Below are positions 1 to 13,082 of a stretch of DNA of 64,000 nt, one piece after another. Each line of letters begins with the position of its first letter. The first letter of the stretch is position 1. The position numbers were made by a program, and so were the translations under genes. Source of the stretch: Alphaproteobacteria bacterium. GTDB taxonomy: Bacteria > Pseudomonadota > Alphaproteobacteria > SP197. The stretch covers positions 3,904,001 through 3,968,000 of the forward strand of contig OZ245842.1 of assembly GCA_965228895.1 (NCBI GenBank). The letters run 5' to 3'. The notes under the pieces are model-generated. The model made no database searches, had not been told where the DNA came from, and saw only the letters and a list, made by a program, of their open reading frames with translations.

Positions 1-85
1 ACCCGGGCGGCTGAGCCATCTGGAACGGCCGAACTATGAGTTCGGCCAGTACCTCGCGCGGCAGATCTGCGGTAACGTCGGCTGA
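1..85 (+). CDS. 3' end of a CDS cut by the window edge (...HLERPNYEFGQYLARQICGNVG*)
   Basis: Open frame 2-85 with high GC3 codons, ending TGA 42 nt before the next ATG. Too short to assign. Confidence 0.35.
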   Translation, partial: PGRLSHLERPNYEFGQYLARQICGNVG

Positions 86-127
86 TCCGGCATCACGACG
101 ATGCCGCCGTAAACTGCTGCAGGTTGG

Positions 128-2074
128 ATGAGTTCAGAACGGCGACGATCGCTTAGACTGGCTGTCATTGGTGCTCTGTTGGTGTCGGCTGTGTTGGTTG
201 TCGGCATCATACTCTGGCGTCAAGAGTCCGATCTTTCGACGATCACCGCGCCGACGATCGTTCTCACCGGCGAACGTGTCGCGTTGCTACGCGAGCGCAT
301 GGAGACCGACCAGGATTTCGCCAGGGAGGTCGCCCACCTCGTCAAGAAGGCAGAGGATTTTCTCGAAATGCCGGTCCTCACGGAGGACTATGTCAATCCA
401 AAGAAAAGCGACCATCCCATCCCACTCTATACGGCGCGCGAGGCGTTCGACCGCCTGACGACGCTGGCGCTTGCCTGGCAGTTAGAAGGCGACACACGGT
501 TTGCGCAAAGAGCAAGGGACGAGGCCATTGCCATCGCGACCTTTACGACCTGGGACCCAAGCCCCTTTTTGACCGTCGCGGAGTACGCCGCCGCGCTATC
601 GCTGGGTTACGACTGGACCCGCGACGCGTTTGCCGAGAACGACGTTCGCCTGGTGCATGAGGCCCTCATTGGCAAGGCGATCGCACCCGGTCTTGCCGCG
701 TACAACGCTGCCGTCGACACCATGGAAGCAAGCTGGGTCCACCCACGGGGAGGCCATCCATCGTTCCAGACCTCAACGGATATCGCGGACGTCGTGTGGC
801 CGGAAGAGACCTTTAACTGGAACATCGTCAACAACGGCGGCCTCGTTCTCGGCGCGCTTGTCCTTCTAGAGGAGCACCCGGACATTGCGGGCCGAGTCCT
901 GGATCGTGCACGGGAGTCAGTGATGTTCGGATTTTCAGGTTACGAGCCGGACGGCGGTTGGGCGGAGGGGCCGGACTACTGGTCCTTCGCGACGCGCTAC
1001 GCCGCGCTGCTCACCTCAGCGCTTGAAGGCGTCACATTGAACGATCATGTGCCGCCGGACCTCACCGCTTTAACGGAGACCGGCGCATTCATCCTCTATG
1101 CCACCGGTCCCACAGGATTGGCCTTCAACTTCGGTGACAGTTCCACGCAACAATCGCGCACCGGCGTCGGCTGGCTTGCCGAACGGTTTGATCAGCCGGT
1201 TTACGCCTGGCTTGACGACCGGGTTCCGCCGGGCTCACGACTTGCTCTCGATGTGATTTGGGACGCGGCGTCGCCTGGCCAATCGCCAAGTGAACTCGAC
1301 CTGCCGCTCAACAGGCATTTCGAAGGAATCCATACGGCGTTTCTGAGGAGCAGTTGGGATGATCCCGACGCCATCTTCGTCGGCTTCAAGGGCGGCCACA
1401 ACGAAGGGCATCACATTCATCTCGACCTCGGCACATTTGTGCTCGATGGACTCGGCGAGCGATGGGCCATCGACCTGGGACCGGACGACTACGAACTCCC
1501 TGGCTATTTCGGTAACAAACGCTGGACCTACTACCGCACATCGACGGTGGGCCACAACACGCTCACGCTAAACGGCCAGAACCAGGATCTGGTGGTAGAA
1601 GTGCCGATCACGGCGTTCGGCGACGGCCAGGACTCTGCCTTCGCTATCGCCGACTTGTCGCCAGCCTACGGTATGCCAACGGGAAGCCTCGTCAGGGGGA
1701 TCGCATTGATCGACCGTAAGGCGGTCCTGGTGCAAGACGAGTTTGATCCTGATGTCACCGACAACATCGTTTGGTCGATGCATACAAGAGCCAACATTGC
1801 GCTCGACGGCAGGACGGCGACGCTGACACAGAACGGCAAGACCATGACGGCGACAATACTGGAGCCGGCGGAGGGCGTAGCGTTCTCGATGCGCTCGGCG
1901 CATCAAGACCCGCCGCAACAGCCCAACACGGGGGTCAACGTGTTGACCACCAACCTGGCATCAGGTGCGGAGATTGACCGGCTTGCGGTTCTCTTCAGCT
2001 TCGGCAAGGACGCGGAGTTGCCGCGCGTCCTCCCCTTCTCGGCGTGGTCCGAACCTAAAGACGCGGCGCCCTAG
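128..2074 (+). CDS. Heparinase II/III-family polysaccharide lyase-like protein with N-terminal membrane anchor
   Basis: N-terminal TM helix; NWNIVNNGG, DGGWAEGPDYW, FNFGD, HHIHLDLGTFVLD and GHNTLTLNG motifs typical of Hepar_II_III proteins. Confidence 0.8.
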   Translation: MSSERRRSLRLAVIGALLVSAVLVVGIILWRQESDLSTITAPTIVLTGERVALLRERMETDQDFAREVAHLVKKAEDFLEMPVLTEDYVNPKKSDHPIPLYTAREAFDRLTTLALAWQLEGDTRFAQRARDEAIAIATFTTWDPSPFLTVAEYAAALSLGYDWTRDAFAENDVRLVHEALIGKAIAPGLAAYNAAVDTMEASWVHPRGGHPSFQTSTDIADVVWPEETFNWNIVNNGGLVLGALVLLEEHPDIAGRVLDRARESVMFGFSGYEPDGGWAEGPDYWSFATRYAALLTSALEGVTLNDHVPPDLTALTETGAFILYATGPTGLAFNFGDSSTQQSRTGVGWLAERFDQPVYAWLDDRVPPGSRLALDVIWDAASPGQSPSELDLPLNRHFEGIHTAFLRSSWDDPDAIFVGFKGGHNEGHHIHLDLGTFVLDGLGERWAIDLGPDDYELPGYFGNKRWTYYRTSTVGHNTLTLNGQNQDLVVEVPITAFGDGQDSAFAIADLSPAYGMPTGSLVRGIALIDRKAVLVQDEFDPDVTDNIVWSMHTRANIALDGRTATLTQNGKTMTATILEPAEGVAFSMRSAHQDPPQQPNTGVNVLTTNLASGAEIDRLAVLFSFGKDAELPRVLPFSAWSEPKDAAP

Positions 2075-2376
2075 TTTTCGTTCCGACAACGAAAAGCGAC
2101 GACTGCTACAAGGCCTTTTTTTTGGGCTTGTTATCGCCCGGGTCCGATGCGGTCGTTAAACTGATAAGTCGGTTCGCCTATACTTGGTGCCCTGTCTCGA
2201 CGTTGAGAGGCATCCCATTGCCATACTTTCTAACAAGAGCCACAGGTGTGGTCTGTCTTGAACATCACCAAGCCCATGATCCATGTTTCGTGCCGTAATG
2301 CGGAAGCGGCTACGTTCTCGGCCGCGAGAAATGCCGAATCCGCCGCGTTGGCCCCCATTAACCGGAGATAGAGGTA

Positions 2377-3711
2377 ATGACGCAGCAGTATAGTCGTCGC
2401 GGTTTCCTGACAGCGGCTTCGGCGACGCTGGCGGCACCGGCGATTGTCCGCGCGGCGACCGGCGACGTGGATGTCGTTATCGTTGGCGCCGGTTCCGCGG
2501 GCCTCGCCGCCGGTCATGCCCTCATTTCGGCAGGACTGACGGTCGCCATTCTCGAAGCGACCGGGCGAATCGGTGGACGGGCTTTTACCGACACCACGAC
2601 ATTTGGGCTGCCCTTTGACCGCGGCTGTTCGTGGTTGCACTCCTCCGACGTGAACCCCTACACGCCCTTGGCGCGCCAATGGGGCTACACCCTGGAGAGC
2701 CATGATGGCGCCGACGAGGCCGTGTTCGTCGGCCACCGTGAGCCGGACAGCGCGGAGTGGTCGGCCTATGATCGCGCATGGCGGGCAACCAGGGGCGGCC
2801 TGTCGGATGCCGGCCAGGACGGCCTCGACCTCCCGGCCTCTGACGTGGTGCCCCAAGGCATTCCGTGGGGCGGCAACAGCCAGACATGGATCGGCCCCAT
2901 GAGCATGGGCATGGACTTTGCCGATCTTTCACCGGTCGATTGGTGGTCGCTGGCGGACACCGAACCCAATCTCGAAGTTCTCGAAGGTTTCGGCACACTC
3001 GTCGCGCGCTACGGCGCAGATCTTCCTGTGACACTCAACGCGCCGGTCACGGCAATTGATCATGGCGCCAATCCGGTCAGGGTCGAAAGCGCTGCCGGCA
3101 CACTGACCGCGCGCGCCGTCATCGTGACGGTGTCGACCGGCGTCCTTGCGGCTGAGAAGGTTCGTTTTATGCCTGGCCTGCCCAATCGTGTGCTCGGCGG
3201 CATTGATGGCTTACCCATGGGTCTGCTCGCCAAAGTGCCGCTGCTGTTCGATGGCGCTCGGTTCGGTCTGAAGGCGAACGAGTGGTTGTCGTACAAGGTC
3301 CCTGAAACCATGCCCGCTGAAGCCTGCTTCTTCCTGACCTGGCCATTCAACACGGACCTCATGATCGGCCTGGTTGGCGGCGCGTTCGGTTGGGACCTCT
3401 CTGCAGCTGGCGACGATGTGGCAGTCGACTTCGCGCTCGGCGAGCTGCGTAAGATCTTCGGCGAGAAGGTCGATCAGCATTTCATCAAAGGCGGTTTCAC
3501 TAACTGGGCCAACGACCCGTGGATCCTGGGTGCCTACGCCTCCGAACGTCCGGGTCAGCACGGCGCGCGCGCAGCGCTGGGCGAACCGATCGACGGACGG
3601 CTGTTCCTGGCCGGCGAGGCGCTGGCCGGCCCCTATGCGGTCACCTGTGGCGGCGCCAACATGTCGGGCACCCGCGTCGCCGGCGACGTCATTCGCAGCT
3701 TGCAGGGGTAA
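2377..3711 (+). CDS. Tat-exported flavin monoamine oxidase-family FAD oxidoreductase
   Basis: SRRGFL twin-arginine signal; GAGSAG dinucleotide motif, RIGGRAFT, C-terminal LFLAGEA; GAGG SD before ATG. Confidence 0.85.
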   Translation: MTQQYSRRGFLTAASATLAAPAIVRAATGDVDVVIVGAGSAGLAAGHALISAGLTVAILEATGRIGGRAFTDTTTFGLPFDRGCSWLHSSDVNPYTPLARQWGYTLESHDGADEAVFVGHREPDSAEWSAYDRAWRATRGGLSDAGQDGLDLPASDVVPQGIPWGGNSQTWIGPMSMGMDFADLSPVDWWSLADTEPNLEVLEGFGTLVARYGADLPVTLNAPVTAIDHGANPVRVESAAGTLTARAVIVTVSTGVLAAEKVRFMPGLPNRVLGGIDGLPMGLLAKVPLLFDGARFGLKANEWLSYKVPETMPAEACFFLTWPFNTDLMIGLVGGAFGWDLSAAGDDVAVDFALGELRKIFGEKVDQHFIKGGFTNWANDPWILGAYASERPGQHGARAALGEPIDGRLFLAGEALAGPYAVTCGGANMSGTRVAGDVIRSLQG

Positions 3712-3842
3712 ATGTGGGGACTGAAGTGACCTGGTGAGAGCGGACCAGTTCCATCGTTGCGATGTATGATCAGCGTCCAGAAGCGGACGACAATGGCCTC
3801 GGATCTAACGCGCGTTTAGCGACCAAGCCCCCCTACGAGAAA

Positions 3843-3937
3843 CCGGGACCCATGAACACGGGACGTCGCCCTTAAGCACGCCCCGTGTTCATGTATCGAT
3901 GGGCCGTGTTCCTGGATCCCGGGTCAAGCCCGGGATG
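3843..3937. repeat. REP-like palindromic element between convergent genes
   Basis: Inverted pair CATGAACACGGG (3851-3862) / CCCGTGTTCATG (3882-3893), followed by the hairpin ATCCCGGG-TCAAG-CCCGGGAT, a common alphaproteobacterial REP-like motif. Confidence 0.7.
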
Positions 3938-3956
3938 CGTCAGTGCAGTCTCAACG

Positions 3957-6551
<2,595 letters not shown>

Positions 6552-6588
6552 TCTTCGGAATCCCCTTTGGAGGCGAATTTCTTACCGA

Positions 6589-6618
6589 AGATATGGTGTT
6601 GTATTTATGCCACACAAG
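6589..6618 (-). promoter_or_regulatory. Putative RpoH (sigma-32) promoter of clpB
   Basis: Minus strand CTTGTG-N14-CACCATATCT about 40 nt upstream of the clpB ATG resembles the sigma-32 consensus CTTGAA-N13-17-CCCCATNT; clpB is a known RpoH target. Confidence 0.65.
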
Positions 6619-6681
6619 GCCCGAAACACTGTTTCGGCCCTACTTAAAGCACGAATTCCACGGGGACCGCGACGTCTGCCC

Positions 6682-7182
6682 TTAAGCCGCTGGTTGCGAT
6701 TCCTCAGGTTTTTTCCGCTTGCGCGTGCGGGTCGGCTTGGCCTCTGCGGGTTCAGCCTCTGCCGCTTCGGCGGCTTCGGCCGGCTTTTCAGCGGCTTCGA
6801 CCGTTTCAGCAGCCTGCTCCGCCTCAACCGGCTCGGCAGCACCGTTTCCAGCACGCTCCACAACGGCCTCGGCCGGCTCGTCTTGACGTTCCCGTTCCGC
6901 CCGCTCGCGCGCGGCCTCGGCCGCCCGTTCGTTGTTGGCGTTGACGATGCGGGTGTAGTGCTCGGCATGCTGCAGGTAGTTTTCTGCGGCTACACGATCG
7001 CCCGTGGACGACGCATCGCGCGCCAGGGCGGCATACTTTTCGGCAACCTGAGCGGCAGAACCGCGCACCTTTACATCAGGGCCGTTGCTATCGAAGGACT
7101 GATTACGGTTACCGCCACCACCACCGCGTCGTGAATGGTTACGGTTGTTGCGGGCTCGCTTGCCCGACCCTCCTGGTCTCAT
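6682..7182 (-). CDS. DUF4167 domain-containing protein
   Basis: FDSNGPDVKVRG...EKYxxLARDA...AENYLQHAEHY signature, acidic low-complexity tail, conserved position between prmC and clpB. Confidence 0.9.
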   Translation of the reverse strand: MRPGGSGKRARNNRNHSRRGGGGGNRNQSFDSNGPDVKVRGSAAQVAEKYAALARDASSTGDRVAAENYLQHAEHYTRIVNANNERAAEAARERAERERQDEPAEAVVERAGNGAAEPVEAEQAAETVEAAEKPAEAAEAAEAEPAEAKPTRTRKRKKPEESQPAA

Positions 7183-7428
7183 GCTTTTTTCACTCTCGCA
7201 CGGTCAGTGATGAAACGCTGCGTCAAACAAACGACATCCTTACGGAGGAAACTCTCCGTTTTGCTTATCTTTCGTCGCTGATGCAGTCAGATTCCGACGC
7301 AGGGTGGCGATCACCGCTTGCTCATCAACCAAAGCCCCTAGGCTTGGTTCCGCCGGTCTGTGCGAGGAGGACGGTATCCAACCAGCGCACGCTTTCCAAG
7401 CAGTTTTTTTCTTCCTGTCCCCAACCCG

Positions 7429-8280
7429 TTAACCTTTGAGAATCAGGCATCTCTCTCGATCGCCGAGGTCACGCCGCCGTTCGATGGCGGAAAGCCCACA
7501 ACGGCTCGCCAGCGCCTCAATGCCATCGGCCTGACCGGGCCCGTGTTCCAGGACGACGATACCCTGGTCAGCCAGGATCGGCCTTACCGGCTTCACGATC
7601 CGGCGATAGGCGTCCAGACCATCAGCCCCGCCGTCGAGCGCGGCGACCGGTTCCCACAAGGCAACCTCCGGCTCCAGTCCGGCGAGCGTCGCGGTCTCGA
7701 TATAGGGCGGATTTGACACCACGATGTCGAAGGGCCCGGTCAACCCGTTCGCCCAATCGCCCGACTGAAATGCCGCGCGATCGTCAAGCGAAAGACGTTT
7801 GGCGTTGTCGCGCGCCAGGGTCAACGCGTCATCGCTGGCATCAACACCCAGACCTGTGCTCGCCGACAGTTCATGCAGGAGTGTCAGCAACAAGCAACCG
7901 GTGCCGGTGCCCAGATCAAGCAGGCGCATCGGCTTCGAACGATTGGCGACATGATCGAGGACTGCCTCGATCAACGTTTCACTCTCGGGCCGCGGGCTCA
8001 GGACGGCGCGGCTGACACCGAAGTCCAGACTCCAAAACTCTTTCGTACCGAGGATCTGCGAGACCGGTTCGCGTGCCTCGCGTCGCGCAATCAGCCTATC
8101 GAAAGCATTTGCGTGGGCTTCGCCAAGCAGTTCATCGCTGTGGCCGATCAGGTGCGCGCGGTCGCAATCGAGCACGTGACAAAGCAATAACTCGGCATCG
8201 CGCTTGGGCGTCTCAACGCCGGCGTCATCAAGGCGTGGCACAGCCGCCGCAATCGACTGCCGGAGTGTTGGTTCCCTCAC
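7429..8280 (-). CDS. prmC: Release factor glutamine methyltransferase PrmC/HemK
   Basis: [11 protein letters not shown] motif, [14 protein letters not shown]; overlaps the prfA stop by 4 nt. Confidence 0.95.
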   Translation of the reverse strand: MREPTLRQSIAAAVPRLDDAGVETPKRDAELLLCHVLDCDRAHLIGHSDELLGEAHANAFDRLIARREAREPVSQILGTKEFWSLDFGVSRAVLSPRPESETLIEAVLDHVANRSKPMRLLDLGTGTGCLLLTLLHELSASTGLGVDASDDALTLARDNAKRLSLDDRAAFQSGDWANGLTGPFDIVVSNPPYIETATLAGLEPEVALWEPVAALDGGADGLDAYRRIVKPVRPILADQGIVVLEHGPGQADGIEALASRCGLSAIERRRDLGDRERCLILKG

Positions 8281-9350
8281 GCCAGCTCGGCCAGTTGCGC
8301 GGCTTGGTCTTCGGCGGTCAGCGCGTCGACGATCTCGTCAAGCCCATCGCCGTTCAACAACTGTTCGAGTTTGTAGAGAGTCAGGTTGATGCGGTGATCG
8401 GTAACGCGCCCCTGCGGGAAGTTGTAGGTGCGGATGCGCTCGGAACGATCGCCGGACCCGACCTGGGAACGACGCGATTCCGCGCGCGCTTCGTCACGTT
8501 CGCGCCGTTCCTCTTCATACAGCCTTGAAAGCAGGATCTTCATCGCCTTGGCGCGGTTCTTGTGCTGCGACTTCTCGTCCTGTTGGGCGACGACAATGCC
8601 GGACGGGATATGCGTGATGCGCACCGCGCTGTCGGTCTTGTTGACGTGCTGGCCGCCGGCGCCGGATGCGCGGTAGGTATCGATCCTCAAGTCCTTGTCG
8701 TCGACATGCACGTCGACCTCCTCGGCCTCCGGCAGCACCGCAACGGTCGCGGCGGAGGTATGGATACGACCGCCAGACTCGGTCACCGGCACGCGCTGCA
8801 CGCGGTGCACGCCTGACTCGTACTTCATCCTGGCAAAGACATCCTGGCCGGAGATCAGCGCCTGGGCTTCCTTGTAGCCGCCAATGCCGATTTCACTGGC
8901 GTTCAGAAGCTCGAAACGCCAGCCGCGCGATTCCGCGTAGCGCTGGTACATGCGCAGGAGATCGGCGGCGAATAAAGCGGCTTCGTCGCCGCCGGTACCG
9001 GCACGGACTTCCAGGATGGCGTTGCGTTTATCGGCCTCGTCGCGCGGCAACAGCATAAGCTGCACCTTGCGCTCCAGCTCCGGCACACGTTCGGCCAGGC
9101 CCTCGCGCTCCTGGCGCGCCATCTCCTTCATCTCGGCATCGCTTTCGGCGGCGATCATCTCGTCGAGTTCGGCCACTTCGCTCTCGGCCGAACGCAGCTC
9201 CTCGACCGTCTGAACCAGCGCCGAAAGCTCCGCATACTCCTTCGATAGCTTGACGAATTCGTCGCTGTCGCCACCGGCCGCCTGGTTCAAGAGCTCGGCC
9301 AGTTCCTGGTGGCGCAACACCACGCGATCGAGTTTTTCCTGCAAACTCAC
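8277..9350 (-). CDS. prfA: Peptide chain release factor 1
   Basis: GGQ motif, PVT anticodon-mimic loop, RTYNFPQGR. Confidence 0.98.
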   Translation of the reverse strand: MSLQEKLDRVVLRHQELAELLNQAAGGDSDEFVKLSKEYAELSALVQTVEELRSAESEVAELDEMIAAESDAEMKEMARQEREGLAERVPELERKVQLMLLPRDEADKRNAILEVRAGTGGDEAALFAADLLRMYQRYAESRGWRFELLNASEIGIGGYKEAQALISGQDVFARMKYESGVHRVQRVPVTESGGRIHTSAATVAVLPEAEEVDVHVDDKDLRIDTYRASGAGGQHVNKTDSAVRITHIPSGIVVAQQDEKSQHKNRAKAMKILLSRLYEEERRERDEARAESRRSQVGSGDRSERIRTYNFPQGRVTDHRINLTLYKLEQLLNGDGLDEIVDALTAEDQAAQLAELA

Positions 9351-10609
9351 GATTTTTCCTCTTCGTCCACCGGCAGGCGGAACAACGCCTTCAGAACCAC
9401 GTCGGCATGTTCGGCGGCCTTGGGATCGCGTGCCGCCAATTCGCGTAGCGCTTCGGAAGGATCGTGCAGCAACCTTCCGACAAGCCGCCGCGTCGCCTCG
9501 TCGCTTTCGACGCCGCCCAGTTCACGCAACAGTTCAAGGCGGATCGCTTCGAAGCGAGACCGAAGTGCCGCCACCGCCGGGGTCGCGCGCCGCTGGTCCC
9601 GATCACGCTGGAAAGCCGCCAGACTCTCATCGACGATCGCCCATGCCGCATCGGCTTCACCGGCGCGACCCGCGCGCCCGGCAAGCGCGATGCGTTCGAG
9701 GTCGTCGAGACCATAGAGAAACACATCGTCCAGCCGATCTATTTCCGGATCGGCCTCAGGCGGCACCGCCGCATCGACCACGAAGATTGGACGGTTGCGC
9801 CGGCGTTTCAAGGCCTGGCGCAGATCCGCATGGCTCAGCACATGACCGCCGGTGCCAACCGTCAGAATCACGATATCGGCGCCGACCAGATCATCGGCCA
9901 GGTTCGTCATGTCGTGCAGATCGGCCTTCAGACGCTGGGCGACCGGCCCGGCCATGGCGCGCGCGCGGTGGCTCAGACCCAGACGTGACAGGCCATGATT
10001 CAGCATCCGCTCGGCGATCAGCTCGCCGGCCTCACCGGCGCCGATCATCAGACCGGAGACGCGGCCGAGATCGCCGTGGATGTCGCGTGCGATTTCAACA
10101 GCGGCCGAGGCGATCGAAACCGGCCGTTCGCCGATTGCGGTTTCCGTTCTAACCCGCTTGGCCGCCGCATAGGCGGCCTGCAGCCGACGATCGAGCAGAG
10201 GGCCGATCATGTCGTGCTTGGCCGCGCGGCGATGGCTTTCCTTGACCTGGCCCAGCACCTGCGGTTCGCCGACGATCAGGCTGTCGAGCGACGCGGCGAC
10301 AGCGAACAACTGGCGCAACGCATCGTCGCCGCGTTTGACGTAGAGCGACGGCTCGACGGGTGCGCCGGCGCGCGTCTCCAAATGGGCCCGCACGGTGGCC
10401 GCCGCGGCATCCGGGTCGTCATGGGCGACATGCAACTCGATACGGTCGCAGGTCGACAACAGCATTGCTTCGTCGATGCCGGCCGACCGCATGGTCTCGT
10501 AGAACGCCGGCAGTTCCTGTTCGGTCACGAACAGACGTTCGCGCAGATCGAGCGATGCGGAGCGATGGTTGACCCCAACGGCCAGGTGGTGGCGCGCCAT
10601 GGTGGTCAC
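9347..10609 (-). CDS. hemA: Glutamyl-tRNA reductase
   Basis: [15 protein letters not shown] (catalytic Cys), [29 protein letters not shown] motif; directly upstream of prfA. Confidence 0.92.
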   Translation of the reverse strand: MTTMARHHLAVGVNHRSASLDLRERLFVTEQELPAFYETMRSAGIDEAMLLSTCDRIELHVAHDDPDAAAATVRAHLETRAGAPVEPSLYVKRGDDALRQLFAVAASLDSLIVGEPQVLGQVKESHRRAAKHDMIGPLLDRRLQAAYAAAKRVRTETAIGERPVSIASAAVEIARDIHGDLGRVSGLMIGAGEAGELIAERMLNHGLSRLGLSHRARAMAGPVAQRLKADLHDMTNLADDLVGADIVILTVGTGGHVLSHADLRQALKRRRNRPIFVVDAAVPPEADPEIDRLDDVFLYGLDDLERIALAGRAGRAGEADAAWAIVDESLAAFQRDRDQRRATPAVAALRSRFEAIRLELLRELGGVESDEATRRLVGRLLHDPSEALRELAARDPKAAEHADVVLKALFRLPVDEEEKS

Positions 10610-11853
10610 TAACTGAGCGCGCGCAGACCCTCGCTTACCCGGTCGATCGGGAGTTCGGTCTGCTCCCCGCTGTCGAGGTCGCGCAGCGTCGCAACGCCGC
10701 GGGCAAGTTCGTCGTCACCCATGATGACGGCAGCCCGCGCGTTGACTTTGTTGGCCCGCTGCATCTGTTTTTTCAGATTGCCGCGATAAGCCAACTCGAT
10801 GATCAGGCCCTGCCGGCGCAGGTCATGCGCCAGTTTTTGGGCAGAGGCGCCGGCGGTCTCGCCAACCGGCAGAATGGCATAAGGCCTCGGCAGCGCCGGC
10901 GGGTCGCCCGCCATCATGGCCAGACGTTCGATACCGCCGGCCCAACCGACACCCGGCGTGGCCGGACCACTCATTTGTTCCATCAACCCGTCGTAGCGCC
11001 CGCCGCCGATGACCGTGCCCTGGGCGCCCAGGTCCGCGGTCACGAACTCGAACGCCGTGTGGCAGTAGTAGTCGAGCCCGCGCACGATCTTCGGGTTGAG
11101 TTGATAGGCGATGCCGAGCGCGTCCAGTCCCGTCTTGACCGTATCGAAGAAGTCGGCGGCCCCCGGCGTCAGGTGATCGAAGATGACGGGCGCATCGGCA
11201 ACGATCCGCTTGTCGCCCTCATCCTTTGAGTCCAGCACACGCATGGGGTTGCGTTCCAAACGGTCGCGGCTGTCGTCGCTCAGGTCATCGCGATGGTCGT
11301 TTAGGAAATCGACCAGCGCCTCGCGGTACGCGGTACGGCTTGCCGCATCGCCCAGCGTGTTCAGCTCCAGGCGGGTCCGGTCGAGCACGTTCAGCATTTC
11401 CAAAACATCGGCGGCCATGGCGATCGCCTCTATATCACCGGTTGGCTCGGCAACCCCGAACAGCTCGACGCCGATCTGGTGGAACTGGCGCTGGCGACCC
11501 TTCTGCGGACGCTCGTATCGGAACATCGGCCCGGCATACCAAAGCTTCAGCGGCATCTGCTGCAAGAGGCCGTTGCTCAACACCGCGCGCGCGACCGATG
11601 CGGTGTTCTCGGGCCTGAGCGTGACGGTGTCGCCGCCGCGATCCTCGAACGTATACATCTCCTTGGTCACGACATCGCTGGTGTCGCCCAGGCTGCGCGA
11701 GAAGACGCCGGTGAACTCGAAGACCGGCGTACGGATTTCGCCATAGCCGTAGCGTTCCGCGACGGCGGCACAGGCATCGATGACACGATCCTGGCGCCGG
11801 CAGTCCTCTGGCAAGAGGTCGTGGGTGCCACGCACGGGCTGGAGTTTGGCCAC
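10609..11853 (-). CDS. hisS: Histidine--tRNA ligase
   Basis: [31 protein letters not shown] motifs. Confidence 0.98.
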   Translation of the reverse strand: MAKLQPVRGTHDLLPEDCRRQDRVIDACAAVAERYGYGEIRTPVFEFTGVFSRSLGDTSDVVTKEMYTFEDRGGDTVTLRPENTASVARAVLSNGLLQQMPLKLWYAGPMFRYERPQKGRQRQFHQIGVELFGVAEPTGDIEAIAMAADVLEMLNVLDRTRLELNTLGDAASRTAYREALVDFLNDHRDDLSDDSRDRLERNPMRVLDSKDEGDKRIVADAPVIFDHLTPGAADFFDTVKTGLDALGIAYQLNPKIVRGLDYYCHTAFEFVTADLGAQGTVIGGGRYDGLMEQMSGPATPGVGWAGGIERLAMMAGDPPALPRPYAILPVGETAGASAQKLAHDLRRQGLIIELAYRGNLKKQMQRANKVNARAAVIMGDDELARGVATLRDLDSGEQTELPIDRVSEGLRALS

Positions 11854-11882
11854 GGCAGATACGTCCGTTTCTTTAGGTTCGG

Positions 11883-13001
11883 CTATTCTGCGGCGTCTGC
11901 TTGCTCGCCGGCGCTCAGGGCTTCGGCCCTGCGTTCGACGAGCTCGACGATGTGCTCGACCATATCGCCGCTCGACACCTTGTGATCGGGGCTGCCCGCC
12001 ATATAGACCAGATGGTTACCCTTGCCGCCGCCTGTCAGGCCGATATCGGTCAGCATGGCCTCACCCGGTCCGTTGACGACGCAGCCGATGATCGAGACGG
12101 TCATCGGCACCTCGACATGGGCCAGGCGCTTCTCCAGCGCGGCGACCGTCTCGGTGACGTTGAACTGTTGGCGCGCGCAGGACGGGCACGCAATGATGTT
12201 AACGCCGCGCTGACGCAGGTTGAGCGCCTTCAGAAGCTCCCAGCCGACCTTCACCTCTTCGACCGGATCGGTCGCCAGGGAAACGCGGATGGTGTCGCCG
12301 ATGCCTTCCCAAAGCAGCATGCCGAGGCCGATTGACGACTTGACGGTACCGCCGATCAGACCGCCGGCTTCGGTAATGCCCAGGTGCAGCGGATAGTCGC
12401 AGGCTGCCGCCAGCTTGCGGTAGGCGCCTACGGCCAGCGGCACGTTCGACGCCTTGACCGAAATCTTGAAGTCCAGGAAGTCGTGGTCTTCCAGGATCTT
12501 CGCGTGATCCATGGCACTTTCGACCATGGCGTCCGGCGTTGGTCCGCCATACTTCTCCAACAGGTGCTTTTCCAAAGAGCCGGCGTTGACGCCGATACGC
12601 ATGGAACAGCCGTGATCCTTGGCCGCCTGCACGACCTCGCGCACGCGGTCGCTGGAGCCGATGTTGCCGGGATTGATGCGCAGGCACGCCGCACCGGCTT
12701 CCGCCGCTTCGATACCGCGGCGATAGTGGAAATGGATGTCGGCGACCAGTGGTACCGGCGCCTCGTAGACCAGCGATTTAAACGCCTTGGTCGACGCTTC
12801 GTCCGGGCACGACACGCGCACGATGTCGGCGCCGGCGATCGCCAGCGCGCTGATCTGTTCGGCCGTCGCATGCACGTCGCTGGTCAGGGTGTTGGTCATC
12901 GACTGCACCGTGATCGGTGCATCGCCACCCACTTCGACGCTGCCGACACGAATTTTGCGGCTTTTGCGCCGTGCCGGCCTGTCGGTGTCTTGATTTTGCA
13001 T
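11883..13001 (-). CDS. ispG: (E)-4-hydroxy-3-methylbut-2-enyl-diphosphate synthase IspG
   Basis: [35 protein letters not shown]. Start moved to ATG 13001. Confidence 0.96.
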   Translation of the reverse strand: MQNQDTDRPARRKSRKIRVGSVEVGGDAPITVQSMTNTLTSDVHATAEQISALAIAGADIVRVSCPDEASTKAFKSLVYEAPVPLVADIHFHYRRGIEAAEAGAACLRINPGNIGSSDRVREVVQAAKDHGCSMRIGVNAGSLEKHLLEKYGGPTPDAMVESAMDHAKILEDHDFLDFKISVKASNVPLAVGAYRKLAAACDYPLHLGITEAGGLIGGTVKSSIGLGMLLWEGIGDTIRVSLATDPVEEVKVGWELLKALNLRQRGVNIIACPSCARQQFNVTETVAALEKRLAHVEVPMTVSIIGCVVNGPGEAMLTDIGLTGGGKGNHLVYMAGSPDHKVSSGDMVEHIVELVERRAEALSAGEQADAAE

Positions 13002-13082
13002 GGTTTTCGGCCAGTCGCTCTGTCCGGGCCGCCCTGATAGCCCAGCGCCCGAGACCCGTAAAGTCAAACCGGTTGAGGCGCC

